NCBI GenBank assembly: GCA_018436095.1
Contig: JAHDMJ010000019.1
Span: 3,841-67,840, forward strand
Length of the DNA stretch: 64,000 nucleotides
Direction of reading: 5' to 3'
Source of the DNA: Clostridia bacterium
Lineage (GTDB): Bacteria > Bacillota > Peptococcia > DRI-13 > UBA5745
Notes under the pieces: generated by a model
Seen by the model: only the letters and a program-made list of their open reading frames with translations
Told to the model about the DNA's origin: nothing
Databases searched by the model: none
Made by a program: the position numbers and the translations under genes
Part shown: piece by piece, positions 8,005 to 17,032 of the stretch
Layout: each line of letters opens with the position of its first letter
How positions within the stretch are numbered: the first letter of the stretch is position 1

Positions 8005-8952
8005 TTAAACCAAAAGCTTGCCGTCTTTTATAACCAAGCGGTCATCCAGATAAACTTCCGGCTTAAGGGTTACGCAATCGATATGTGAACTGGCCTTAAT
8101 TACGCCCCCAAAGGAGGTGTTGGTGCCAAAGGCCACATGGACCGATCCGTATATCTTTTCGTCCTCCAGAATAATACCGGTTACCCTGGCCATGGGATTG
8201 GTGCCGATACCAAGCTCACCTACCGTCCGGGAAAGGGTATTGTGGGGGATAGCTTTTTCTACCAGGGGGGCCTCCCTGCCGTCAATGCCAACGATGACGC
8301 CTTTGCGCATCGTGATAATAACGGGCTCTGCCAGACGGCCTACGCCTACAATGCTGCCGTCCACCCAAAATTCTCCGTCGCCGCCATCCTCCAGGGGGGC
8401 GATGTAGGCTTCACCGGAGGGCAGGTTGCCCGCCAAGCCGGCTTCCCGGTATACGCCGGAGCTGACAACGCCTTTGCGCCCTGCCAGCCCCAGGGTAAGC
8501 TCATGCCTGCCCCCTGTGATGATGCGGCAGCTTTGAGCCTGGGTCAAAAGCTCGGCATATAGCCGGGAGAGGCGCTCTACTTCAACGTAGTCCGCCGTAA
8601 TGGGGCCTGCTTCAAACATTTCGTCGGTAATGCCGGGCATCGTAGCGATCCTGGCTCCTTTTTTGACGGCGTTGATCCTGGCATTGGTATGGGTTATGGA
8701 TTCCGTGGTGGGGCAGACGATAACGTCCGCCTCAAGCATGGCGGCGGCAACGGCTGCCGGAGGTTCTTCGCCGCTGATCTCGGCCACCGGCATTTGGATC
8801 AACACAGCCTCGGCGCCCAGGGTCCGGGCTTTGGCGTACAAAGCCTGGCCCAGGTGCAGTCTGGCCTCATCGGTAATAATCAGGGCCCGTTCTTTGGGGC
8901 GCAGGCCCATGCACTGCTCCCAGACGATGGAACAGCCTTTTTCCAAATTCAT
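8005..8952 (-). CDS. M29-like (AmpS/PepS family) aminopeptidase
   Basis: 315 aa from MNLEKG, with GAGGAA RBS upstream. GSVHVAFGTN and EAYIAPLEDGGDGEF-type motifs recall thermophilic metalloprotease M29. Family assignment is from memory only. Confidence 0.6.
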   Translation of the reverse strand: MNLEKGCSIVWEQCMGLRPKERALIITDEARLHLGQALYAKARTLGAEAVLIQMPVAEISGEEPPAAVAAAMLEADVIVCPTTESITHTNARINAVKKGARIATMPGITDEMFEAGPITADYVEVERLSRLYAELLTQAQSCRIITGGRHELTLGLAGRKGVVSSGVYREAGLAGNLPSGEAYIAPLEDGGDGEFWVDGSIVGVGRLAEPVIITMRKGVIVGIDGREAPLVEKAIPHNTLSRTVGELGIGTNPMARVTGIILEDEKIYGSVHVAFGTNTSFGGVIKASSHIDCVTLKPEVYLDDRLVIKDGKLLV

Positions 8953-9016
8953 TTTCGTTCCTCTTTTCCGGATTGAATTGATAAAACCCCGGCAGACCGC
9001 AGGTTGGCGGCGCACC

Positions 9017-9700
9017 TTAAAGCAGGGATAAAAATTCCGCGGTAATGGCGGACATTAGCGTACGGGGCAAAAGCACCGGCAAGCCGCTGGCCCGGGCGGC
9101 CAGGCCTTTCATTTCCACGGTGTAGCCCATGCAATCCATACAGAGCAGGGCCGCATCACAGCCCCGCAGACCGGCGGCGGCACGCTCTACCTCCGCAATG
9201 TCCTTATAAGGAGAGGCTGAGACTACCAGGGCCTCCAAACCGCTTTCCCGCCAACGCCGGACCGAGGGCTCTACTTGCTCCGGATCGGGGATCAATACCG
9301 CTACTTTCCGCTTTCCCGCCAGAACCCGGGCGGTGGCATGGAGCAGTGGCATGGGTGTAATCAGCGGCTTTTCGTGTTGAAATTCCGGGAATTCGCCGGT
9401 ACAAAGCAACAGCGTGGCTGCCGCTCCATCCTTTTCCGCCTGGCGGATAGAGGCTTGCAGCAATTCCGTTACCGCTTCGCCGGAAAGCTTTATCTGGCTG
9501 CCGTCCCGCAGCCGGGAAACCAGCACCTCATCTCCGGGGCCCGGTGAAAACCGCTTTATAGCCTCCTCCCTGGTGAAAGGATCTAAGGCGCCATATTCTA
9601 CAACATCCAGATCTCCGGGCAAGCGGGCAAAGCTATCGGCGGTCATATCCGTCCGGGGGGATTGGCCGATGGTAATGGCCGCAATACGCTGCTTGATCAT
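9017..9700 (-). CDS. AroM-family protein (Asp/Glu-racemase-like fold)
   Basis: 227 aa. IAAITIGQSPRTDM at the N-terminus, LLLCTGEFPEF and LLCMDCMGYT motifs as recalled for AroM (PF07302). Its start overlaps the upstream gene stop by 4 bp (9697-9700). Confidence 0.6.
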   Translation of the reverse strand: MIKQRIAAITIGQSPRTDMTADSFARLPGDLDVVEYGALDPFTREEAIKRFSPGPGDEVLVSRLRDGSQIKLSGEAVTELLQASIRQAEKDGAAATLLLCTGEFPEFQHEKPLITPMPLLHATARVLAGKRKVAVLIPDPEQVEPSVRRWRESGLEALVVSASPYKDIAEVERAAAGLRGCDAALLCMDCMGYTVEMKGLAARASGLPVLLPRTLMSAITAEFLSLL

Positions 9701-10635
9701 GATTCTTGGCCCAAGGTCTGAAAGCGGGTCATATCGCCGTACAAATTTTTCAGATGGGCAAACTCTGCTTCGTCATAAAAAGCGCATTTGCCGGCGCCGA
9801 ATTCCTTAGCTACCTCTACAGCAAAACGAGAGGCGGCTTCCACATCCACGCCGTGAGTTGCCCCTGTGGCACAGCCGGCCACCATATGGGATACGGTAAT
9901 GGCCACGCCGATAACCGGCGCAGCGGTGGCAGTGGTGGGCTGGAGAATGCTGTTAACATGATACAGCCCGTTGCCGTAAGGTGTAATATCCTGCTGGGAC
10001 AGAGCAAAGACCTGGGGCATCCTGCCGGTAACGGCAGTCATCACATCCATGACGTCATTGGAGGTCTTTAAGATATAGCCTTCCTTGCAGGTTGGGGAAA
10101 TAGCGAAGCCGTTTACATTGATAATGCGGTTGCCCTTGGTGGTATCGATGGACAAAATGGCCTCCATGCGCTGATCTACTTCCGTGGCGTTGGAAAGAGC
10201 CATGTCGATGGGGCTGTCCATAAAGGGCACAGGATCGTGGGGCTGGGTAGGCGCATCGGGACAAATGTGAGTAGCAATGATCACATCCCCGGGAAGCACG
10301 TCGCCGTTTTTATGCATCTCCGCCAGCTTCAGCGCCGCAGTCAACGCCGCCAGCGCACCGTCGCCGTCGGAGACAAAGCCGATACGCTCCGGCCGGGCTC
10401 CCAACCCTCCAAGGCGGCCAATAATGCCCAGGGTGGGGGCATTGCCGCCGGAAGAGCGGCCATTGGAGCCCTTAATCAATATTTTAATATTATCGGTGCT
10501 GCCTTTATCTCCTTGAATACGCTGAACCGCAACCTCATCGGCGCCTCGCCGGCGCAGCAGCTCGGCCACTTCTTCACCATTTGCCGACGGCTTGTCCAGC
10601 AAGTCGAACAACTCCAGCATCTGTCGAAACAACAT
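9697..10635 (-). CDS. DUF1177-like uncharacterised protein
   Basis: 312 aa, no signal peptide or TM segment. Recognised from memory as DUF1177-type (GIIGRLGGLGARPERIGFVSDGDG, ATHICPDAPTQPHDPVPFM). First gene of a three-gene minus-strand operon. Confidence 0.5.
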   Translation of the reverse strand: MLFRQMLELFDLLDKPSANGEEVAELLRRRGADEVAVQRIQGDKGSTDNIKILIKGSNGRSSGGNAPTLGIIGRLGGLGARPERIGFVSDGDGALAALTAALKLAEMHKNGDVLPGDVIIATHICPDAPTQPHDPVPFMDSPIDMALSNATEVDQRMEAILSIDTTKGNRIINVNGFAISPTCKEGYILKTSNDVMDVMTAVTGRMPQVFALSQQDITPYGNGLYHVNSILQPTTATAAPVIGVAITVSHMVAGCATGATHGVDVEAASRFAVEVAKEFGAGKCAFYDEAEFAHLKNLYGDMTRFQTLGQES

Positions 10636-10689
10636 GCTTATCCCTCCAATGTAATTAAAAATCTTTGATTATTATAACGCATCGGCAGC

Positions 10690-10709
10690 AAGTTTAACAG
10701 GTTAAACTT
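10690..10709. promoter_or_regulatory. Perfect 9-bp inverted repeat AAGTTTAAC-AG-GTTAAACTT in a divergent promoter region (candidate operator)
   Basis: Read directly from the sequence. Lies between the DUF1177 operon start (10635) and the M20D gene promoter. Confidence 0.3.
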
Positions 10710-10778
10710 CAAACAAGGCCATTTAAGATAGCGCCGGTTAAGTTAATTTCGTGAAAACTTGTATATTTTTCAAGAATC

Positions 10779-10807
10779 TTGCAGAACAATTACTGGTGTT
10801 ATATAAT
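10779..10807 (+). promoter_or_regulatory. Sigma-A promoter of the M20D amidohydrolase gene
   Basis: TTGCAG (10779-10784), 17 nt, TATAAT (10802-10807). Confidence 0.5.
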
Positions 10808-10841
10808 ACTGAAAACATTGTCTATTTCTACGGGGGCCATT

Positions 10842-12008
10842 ATGAATTTTCCTTTTCTAAAAGCGGCAAAGGCAATAGAACCGCAGCTTATCGAATGGCG
10901 GCGCTATTTACATCAGAATGCGGAGATCGGTTTTGATTTGCCCTTGACCACTGCCTTTGTAAAAAGTAAATTGCGGGAGTTTGGCTACGAACCAAAAACT
11001 GTAGGTAAAGCCGGAATTACCGCAACTGTCGGAAAACCGGGGCCGGTGATTTTATTGCGGGCGGATATGGACGCCTTACCCATCACTGAGGAAAGCGGCT
11101 TGCCCTTTGCTTGTACAAATGGCAACTGTCATGCCTGCGGCCACGATTTCCATACTACCGCCCTGCTTGGCGCCGCAAAGCTGCTCAAAGAATGGGAGGA
11201 CCGGTTGCAGGGTACGGTTTTATTGGTTTTCCAGGCTTGTGAGGAAGGCCTGGATGGTATGCAGGATATGCTGGATCACGGACTTCTGGATGACCCGAAG
11301 CCTCAGGCAGCCTTTGCTATGCACACCATTCAGGAAAAAACCGGCACTGCCGGCATTCACCGGGGTTATGCCGGCGCTTCCAGCGACGTTTTTACCATTA
11401 CCGTTACCGGTCTGGGCACCCACGGCGCCGTTCCCGAAAGGGGTGTGGACCCTATTAATGCAGCGGCTCACATTATCACCTCCCTCCAAACGTTAAATAG
11501 CCGGGAGGTGGCCCCGGACCAGATGCTGGTGGTCACCGTATGCAAAATCCAGGGAGGCAGCGCCCACAATATTATTCCCGGCACCTGTACTCTCGGCGGC
11601 ACCATCCGGACAGCGGATAAAACCGTCCGCCAGTTTGCCACAAAGCGTTTAGTGGAAATCTCTCAAAGTGTCGCCGCGGCCTTCAGGGCCACTGCGGAAG
11701 TAAAATATGAGGGCGGAGTGCCGCCGATGATCAGCGATCCTGCATTTGCCGGGGAATGTGCCGGATATATAGATGAAATCCTGGGTTATCAAGCCTCTTG
11801 GCAAATTCCTCCTATGACGGGATCGGAAGACTTTTCGCTGCTCTGCGATCATCTGCCCTCGGTTTTATGTTGGTTTGGTACCGGCAATCAGGATGAGGGG
11901 TACAAGCATAGCGGCCACCATCCGGCTGTGACTTATAATGAAGAAGCCCTGCACCAAATGGCTGCCGTCTATGCAGGCTGCGCCGCCCGCTGGCTGGCAG
12001 AACACTGA
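10842..12008 (+). CDS. M20D-family amidohydrolase (N-acyl-L-amino-acid amidohydrolase/hippurate-hydrolase type)
   Basis: LIEWRRYLHQNAEIGFDL, LLRADMDALP and HACGHDFH motifs. Start moved to ATG 10842 (MNFPF). Confidence 0.85.
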   Translation: MNFPFLKAAKAIEPQLIEWRRYLHQNAEIGFDLPLTTAFVKSKLREFGYEPKTVGKAGITATVGKPGPVILLRADMDALPITEESGLPFACTNGNCHACGHDFHTTALLGAAKLLKEWEDRLQGTVLLVFQACEEGLDGMQDMLDHGLLDDPKPQAAFAMHTIQEKTGTAGIHRGYAGASSDVFTITVTGLGTHGAVPERGVDPINAAAHIITSLQTLNSREVAPDQMLVVTVCKIQGGSAHNIIPGTCTLGGTIRTADKTVRQFATKRLVEISQSVAAAFRATAEVKYEGGVPPMISDPAFAGECAGYIDEILGYQASWQIPPMTGSEDFSLLCDHLPSVLCWFGTGNQDEGYKHSGHHPAVTYNEEALHQMAAVYAGCAARWLAEH

Positions 12009-12068
12009 ATATAACGAAGCGGCAGAATCTTGCGCCCTATGACCGAATTCATAAACAGGTATCTGTTT

Positions 12069-12098
12069 TTGAAGAGCGGGATTTTTTCCTGCTATAAT
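12069..12098 (+). promoter_or_regulatory. Candidate sigma-A promoter of the peptide ABC operon
   Basis: TTGAAG, 18 nt, TATAAT (12093-12098). Confidence 0.4.
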
Positions 12099-12141
12099 AC
12101 ATCGTTGCAATTTTACTTAAAAACAAAAGAAATGAGGTATT

Positions 12142-13764
12142 ATGATGTCTAAAAAAATGCTGTCCATCTTTCTTGTGGCCCTGCTGATGCTTGGGGTACT
12201 CAGCGGCTGTGGCGGCAATGCCGGCGGTCCTGCCCCTGCACCTACCCAAGGCTCCACAGAGGCTACCCAGGCGCCGGATGCCGGCCAGCCCAAATCCGGC
12301 GGCGTATTGAAGATTTCTCTGCCCGCTTCCCCCAAAAACTTAGACCCCATCAAGTACACCGGCACTTATGAATCCCAGATCATCCGCAGCGTCTGCGATA
12401 CTCTGGTGGAGTACAAAATGGACTTGAGCAGCATCAAGCCCAACCTGGCCAGCGACTGGCAAATCAGCGAAGACGGCAAGGAATACACCTTCACCCTGCG
12501 GCAAGACGTTTATTTCCATCCCGGCCAATACCAGGATGGCCGTCAGTTGACTGCCGAGGACATCAAGTATTCTTTAGAGCGTTCCGCCAAAGAATCTGCC
12601 ATGAACCGTCTGGACATGCTGGATTACTGCGAAGTCCTGGGTGAGTTTGAAGTCAAGTGCGTTCTCAAGGATGCCAACGCCGTATTCCTGACGGCTTTGA
12701 CCGATGCCGGCAACGCCATCGTCCCCCGGGAAGAAGTTGAGGGCTGGGGCGCCGATTTCGGCACTCACCTGGTAGGCACCGGTCCTTTCGTCCTTAAAGA
12801 ATTCAAACTGGATCAGGAAACCGTTACTGTCCGCAACGATAAATACTGGGCGGCAACTCCCCTTCTGGACGGCGTCACCTTTATGTACATCAACGATCAT
12901 GCCCAGGCAGCCAATGCCCTGAAAACCGGCGCTCTCAATATCGCCACCTCTCTCCAGGGCGAGGCCGTACAAATCGTCCGCGATGATGCCAATCTGGTGC
13001 TGAACGAGACCCCCGGCCTGCACATTGCTTACCTGTACATGAATCAGGTCAATGGTCCCACCGCCGATAAAAAAGTCCGTGATGCCATCTCTATGGCCAT
13101 CAACCGGGAAGATCTGGTAGCCGGCGTCTATCCTTACGGTGAAGCTCAGATCGCCAACGTTCCCCTGCCTCCCGGTTCCTGGGGCTATGACAAGGGTCTG
13201 GAAAGCGCTGCCCCCGCTTATGATCCCGAAAAAGCCAAAGCCCTGCTGGCCGAAGCCGGCTATCCCGACGGTCTCAGCTTGAAACTGTACATCAGCAACA
13301 CCGCCTTCCGCATTAAGATGGCCACCATTGTACAGCAATATTTGAAACAAAATCTCAATATTGACCTGGAGATCAATCCCAGCGAGTGGGGTACCTTCAG
13401 TGAAATTGCCTCTTCCGGCAATGCCGACATCTACGGCATGTCCTGGACCTGGTATCCCGATCCCTTCTTCTTCCTCAATAAGCTGTTCTACAGCGGTGAG
13501 ATCGGTGCCTTGGGCAACGGCGCCGGCTTCAAAAGCGCCGAGGTAGATAAGCTTCTGGAAGATGCTTTGCTTGAAACCGATCAGGCCAAACGGGCGGATA
13601 TGTACAAGCAGGCTCTGAAAATCGTTATGGATCAAAATCCGATTTTCGTCTACGGCAACGAAAACGTTACCGATGGCGCTACCGCCAACGTCCAGGGCTT
13701 CCAGCAGCGGGCCGACAATGTAATCGTTTTGGTTAGCGACGAAGTCAACGTCTGGCTTTCCTAG
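12142..13764 (+). CDS. ABC transporter substrate-binding lipoprotein, family 5 (peptide/nickel, DppA/OppA-like)
   Basis: Lipobox LSGCGG, about 540 aa, family-5 features (LDPIKYTGTYESQIIRSVCDTLVEY, FHPGQYQDGRQLTAEDIKYSLER). Confidence 0.9.
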   Translation: MMSKKMLSIFLVALLMLGVLSGCGGNAGGPAPAPTQGSTEATQAPDAGQPKSGGVLKISLPASPKNLDPIKYTGTYESQIIRSVCDTLVEYKMDLSSIKPNLASDWQISEDGKEYTFTLRQDVYFHPGQYQDGRQLTAEDIKYSLERSAKESAMNRLDMLDYCEVLGEFEVKCVLKDANAVFLTALTDAGNAIVPREEVEGWGADFGTHLVGTGPFVLKEFKLDQETVTVRNDKYWAATPLLDGVTFMYINDHAQAANALKTGALNIATSLQGEAVQIVRDDANLVLNETPGLHIAYLYMNQVNGPTADKKVRDAISMAINREDLVAGVYPYGEAQIANVPLPPGSWGYDKGLESAAPAYDPEKAKALLAEAGYPDGLSLKLYISNTAFRIKMATIVQQYLKQNLNIDLEINPSEWGTFSEIASSGNADIYGMSWTWYPDPFFFLNKLFYSGEIGALGNGAGFKSAEVDKLLEDALLETDQAKRADMYKQALKIVMDQNPIFVYGNENVTDGATANVQGFQQRADNVIVLVSDEVNVWLS

Positions 13765-13776
13765 CATTTTAACGGG

Positions 13777-13863
13777 TGCGGCCGCTCCTTAGGGGAGGCC
13801 GCCCCATCCTTGTTTATTTGCAGGATTTTGCAAGCGTCCGGCTCCTCTTAGGGCCCGGACGCT
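13777..13863 (+). terminator. Two tandem hairpins after the SBP gene (partial terminator or mRNA stabiliser)
   Basis: gcggccgctcc..ggaggccgc at about 13777-13805, followed by ttgtttatttg. Perfect AGCGTCCGG/CCGGACGCT stem at 13833-13863. Confidence 0.45.
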
Positions 13864-13949
13864 TCAAATCATCATGACTATGCAGTAATATCAGTGATTC
13901 CGGATTGTTTCCGCCGGTGGCGGACATCGATAATGAGCAGGTGATACAA

Positions 13950-14909
13950 GTGCTGAAAACAATTTTAAAACGCCTTGTTCAACTGGTTCCCATCCTGTTT
14001 GTGGTTATTACGCTGACCTTTGTGTTGACCCGTATGATCCCCGGCAATCCGGCGGCTATTTTGCTTGGTCCTCAGGCGTCGCCGGCGGATATTGCCCGAA
14101 TGCAGGAAGAACTGGGATTGAACAAGCCTATGCTAGAGCAGTATGTCAATTATCTCACCGGCATTTCACAGGGGGACTTTGGCAAGTCCATTTCCTACAA
14201 CCGGCCGGTTTTAAGTTTAATCTTAGAACGGCTGCCGGCAACGCTGCAAATTACTCTGACCTCCATGGTACTGGCGGTATTTATCGGTGTACCCATTGGC
14301 GTCTTTTCTGCCGTCAAGCAGTATTCGGCTTTTGACTATATTTTTATGATACTGGCCCTAGTGGGCGTTTCCATGCCCATCTTCTGGCTGGGCTTAATGC
14401 TGGTGCTGGTTTTCAGCGTCAAGCTGGGCTGGTTTGCCGTACTGGGCATGGGCTCGCTGCAAAACGGTTTCTGGGATGTGGTTCAGCACATGGTGCTGCC
14501 CGTAGTCTGCCTGACCACGATTCCCACGGCTACCTTCGCCCGGATTACCCGCTCCAGCATGCTGGAAGTGGTAAATAAAGAATCCATCAAAGCCTTGCGG
14601 GCCCGGGGCATCCGGGAATCGCTGGTTATTTGGAAGCACGCCTTAAAAAATGCCTTGCCGCCGCTGATTACGGTAATCGGCATGCAGCTGGCCAGCGCCT
14701 TTTCCGGCGCTATCCTGACGGAGACCATCTTCTCCTGGCCCGGTATGGGTATGCTGATTTACAGCGCCGTATTCAACCGGGACTATGCCCTGATTCAGGG
14801 GGCGGTGCTTTTTATTGCTATTATCTTTGTTTTTGTCAATCTGATTGTGGACTTGATCTATCTGGTTATTAATCCCCGGGTAAATTACGAAGGAGGAGGT
14901 ACCCCATGA
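13950..14909 (+). CDS. ABC peptide transporter permease (DppB/OppB-like)
   Basis: VLKTILKRLVQLVPILFVVITLTFVL N-terminus typical of DppB, multiple TM segments. GTG at 13950 follows AGGTGA; the start is uncertain (13905-13950). Confidence 0.9.
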   Translation: MLKTILKRLVQLVPILFVVITLTFVLTRMIPGNPAAILLGPQASPADIARMQEELGLNKPMLEQYVNYLTGISQGDFGKSISYNRPVLSLILERLPATLQITLTSMVLAVFIGVPIGVFSAVKQYSAFDYIFMILALVGVSMPIFWLGLMLVLVFSVKLGWFAVLGMGSLQNGFWDVVQHMVLPVVCLTTIPTATFARITRSSMLEVVNKESIKALRARGIRESLVIWKHALKNALPPLITVIGMQLASAFSGAILTETIFSWPGMGMLIYSAVFNRDYALIQGAVLFIAIIFVFVNLIVDLIYLVINPRVNYEGGGTP

Positions 14910-15820
14910 CAACCAAGAATTCCCCTCCTCTGCAAGACGCCCTGGGTTCGGCGGAGCAGGCCGCAATGCTTAAAAAGGAGCGGCGGGCCAACAGCGCCTG
15001 GAATAAGCTCTTGCGCAACAAGACTGCCGTAATTGGCTTGGTAATCATTGTCATTATGCTGATTCTGGCTGTTTTTGCGCCGTTGATTGCTACCCATGAT
15101 CCTAATGCCCTGGCAATCTCCAAGGCTTTCAGGGCCCCCGGCGTAGCCGGCCATATTTTTGGCACCGACGAATTCGGCCGGGACTTGTTCAGCCGCATCG
15201 TATACGGAGCCCGCATCTCGATCTTTGTGGCCGTAGGCGGCACATTGGTGGGCAGCATTATTGGCTTGCTGCTGGGGCTGGTTGCCGGCTATCAGGGCGG
15301 CATTGCAGACTCCGTCATCATGCGTATTATGGACGGCATGTTTGCTTTTCCTTTTATTCTGTTGTCGATTATTCTCATGACGATTCTGGGTTCCGGCGTA
15401 TTTAACGTAATTCTGGCTATCGGCATCTCCAATGTGCCCAGCTTTGCCAGGATAGTCCGGGGCCAGGTTCATGTGGTTAAAAACGAGGAATACTGTACCG
15501 CGGCCCGGGTTTTAGGGGCCGGCGGCAGCCGTATTCTCTTTCGCCATATTCTCCCCAACGCCATTTCTCCCACCATCGTTTACTTTACCCTCAACGTAGC
15601 CGGCTCCATTATTTCTGAAGCAGCTTTGAGCTTTTTGGGGTTAGGCATTATGCCGCCTACGGCTTCCTGGGGCAATATTCTGCAAGGGGGCCGGGGAGCA
15701 CTGAATACCGCCCCGCATATCGCCACCATTTCCGGTATCTTTATTTTAATTACCGTACTGGGCTTTAACTTGTTCGGCGATGGCGTCCGGGATGTGCTGG
15801 ACCCCAAAATGAAAAGGTAG
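14906..15820 (+). CDS. ABC peptide transporter permease (DppC/OppC-like)
   Basis: ATGA overlap with the upstream gene. GTDEFGRDLFSRIVYGARIS motif typical of DppC. Confidence 0.9.
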   Translation: MTTKNSPPLQDALGSAEQAAMLKKERRANSAWNKLLRNKTAVIGLVIIVIMLILAVFAPLIATHDPNALAISKAFRAPGVAGHIFGTDEFGRDLFSRIVYGARISIFVAVGGTLVGSIIGLLLGLVAGYQGGIADSVIMRIMDGMFAFPFILLSIILMTILGSGVFNVILAIGISNVPSFARIVRGQVHVVKNEEYCTAARVLGAGGSRILFRHILPNAISPTIVYFTLNVAGSIISEAALSFLGLGIMPPTASWGNILQGGRGALNTAPHIATISGIFILITVLGFNLFGDGVRDVLDPKMKR

Positions 15821-15834
15821 GAAAGGATTTCACT

Positions 15835-17022
15835 ATGGATGTTATAGATTACAAGGAAATGGTGCAAGGCCGGGTTCAGGAGCTGATGCCCAGGCTTGGG
15901 GAGCTGGCGGATTATATTCATCAGCACCCCGAATATAACTACCAGGAATTTAAATCCTCAGCCGCTGTAGCCGATTGTTTAAATCAACTGGGCTTTGCCG
16001 TCGAACACGGCTATTGCGGCTTGGAAACGGCAGTACGGGCCGTCTATGACAGCGGCAAGCCCGGCTTGAATCTGGGCTTCATCGGCGAATACGACGCCGT
16101 ACCCGGCATGGGTCATTCCTGCGGCCATAACCTGATGACGCCCATTGCTATCGGGGCAGCCTGGGCCCTTAAGCCTTTGGCTGACCAGTTCGGCGGCAAG
16201 ATTACCGTCATCGGCGCTCCCGCCGAAGAAGGCGGCGGCGGCAAAATCGTTATGCTGGAACGAGGCGGCTTTGACGGGCTGGATACCGCTATGCTGATTC
16301 ATTCCGCCAGCGAAACTGTAGTCAATGATATTTCCTATTCCCGAACCGATGTAATTGTGGATTTCTATGGCAAGACTTCCCACGCCGCTACCTGGCCGGA
16401 GGAAGGAGTCAGCGCCCTGACGCCGGTGCTGGAGCTCTTTAATATTATTCAGGCTTTACGCCTGGAAATTGCCGACCGGGGTAAAATCATCGGCATTATC
16501 TCCAAAGGCGGAGAAGAGCCCATCTATATTCCCGACCATTGTCAGGCTAAATTTACGGTGCGCTCCTTCTCCATGAAATACAAGTGGGAGCTGTATCACC
16601 GGCTTATTGATATTTGCAGCCATCTGGCGGCCATTACAGGCACGAGATTTGAACATCAGATCGATGGATATACTTATGAGGATATCCGCAACAATGAGGT
16701 TTTGGAAGAACTCCTGCAAGCAAATTTCCAGGCCCTGGGCGAGCCGGTGATGCCCCGGAGAAAAGAGCTGGGTATCGGCTGCACCGATATGGGCGACGTG
16801 ACCCACAAGGTACCGGGCTTGCAGTCTTATATTAAAGTGGTGCCGGCTCTGCGGGGTCATACGAAGGAATTTGAAGATGCCTGCGGTTCCCCGGCGGGAT
16901 ACCGGGCCATCGAGGTGGCGGCCAAAGCCCTGGCCATGTCCGGCGCAGACCTCTTCACCGATCCCCGGGCCATTGAGCGGGTGCGCCGGGCCTTCCGGGA
17001 AATGAAAGCAAAATACGAGTAG
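15835..17022 (+). CDS. M20-family amidohydrolase (AbgB/PM20D2-like) embedded in the ABC operon
   Basis: GEYDAVPGMGHSCGHNLM metal-site motif, 395 aa. Lies between the permease and ATPase genes with 11-14-bp gaps. Confidence 0.85.
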   Translation: MDVIDYKEMVQGRVQELMPRLGELADYIHQHPEYNYQEFKSSAAVADCLNQLGFAVEHGYCGLETAVRAVYDSGKPGLNLGFIGEYDAVPGMGHSCGHNLMTPIAIGAAWALKPLADQFGGKITVIGAPAEEGGGGKIVMLERGGFDGLDTAMLIHSASETVVNDISYSRTDVIVDFYGKTSHAATWPEEGVSALTPVLELFNIIQALRLEIADRGKIIGIISKGGEEPIYIPDHCQAKFTVRSFSMKYKWELYHRLIDICSHLAAITGTRFEHQIDGYTYEDIRNNEVLEELLQANFQALGEPVMPRRKELGIGCTDMGDVTHKVPGLQSYIKVVPALRGHTKEFEDACGSPAGYRAIEVAAKALAMSGADLFTDPRAIERVRRAFREMKAKYE

Positions 17023-17032
17023 AGGTGGCCCT

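Noticed and set aside
12574-13767. 397-aa ORF antisense to the peptide SBP gene. Similar long antisense ORFs occur at 61865-62821, 24369-25178, 21355-22014, 25679-26311, 19718-20332, 30337-30939, 14885-15472, 17063-17605 and 2691-3233.
   Set aside because: Each lies entirely inside a sense-strand gene with clear family motifs. The translations are low-complexity (Gly/Ala/Arg/Gln-rich), lack RBSs and match no family I recognise. They are typical shadow ORFs caused by codon bias.
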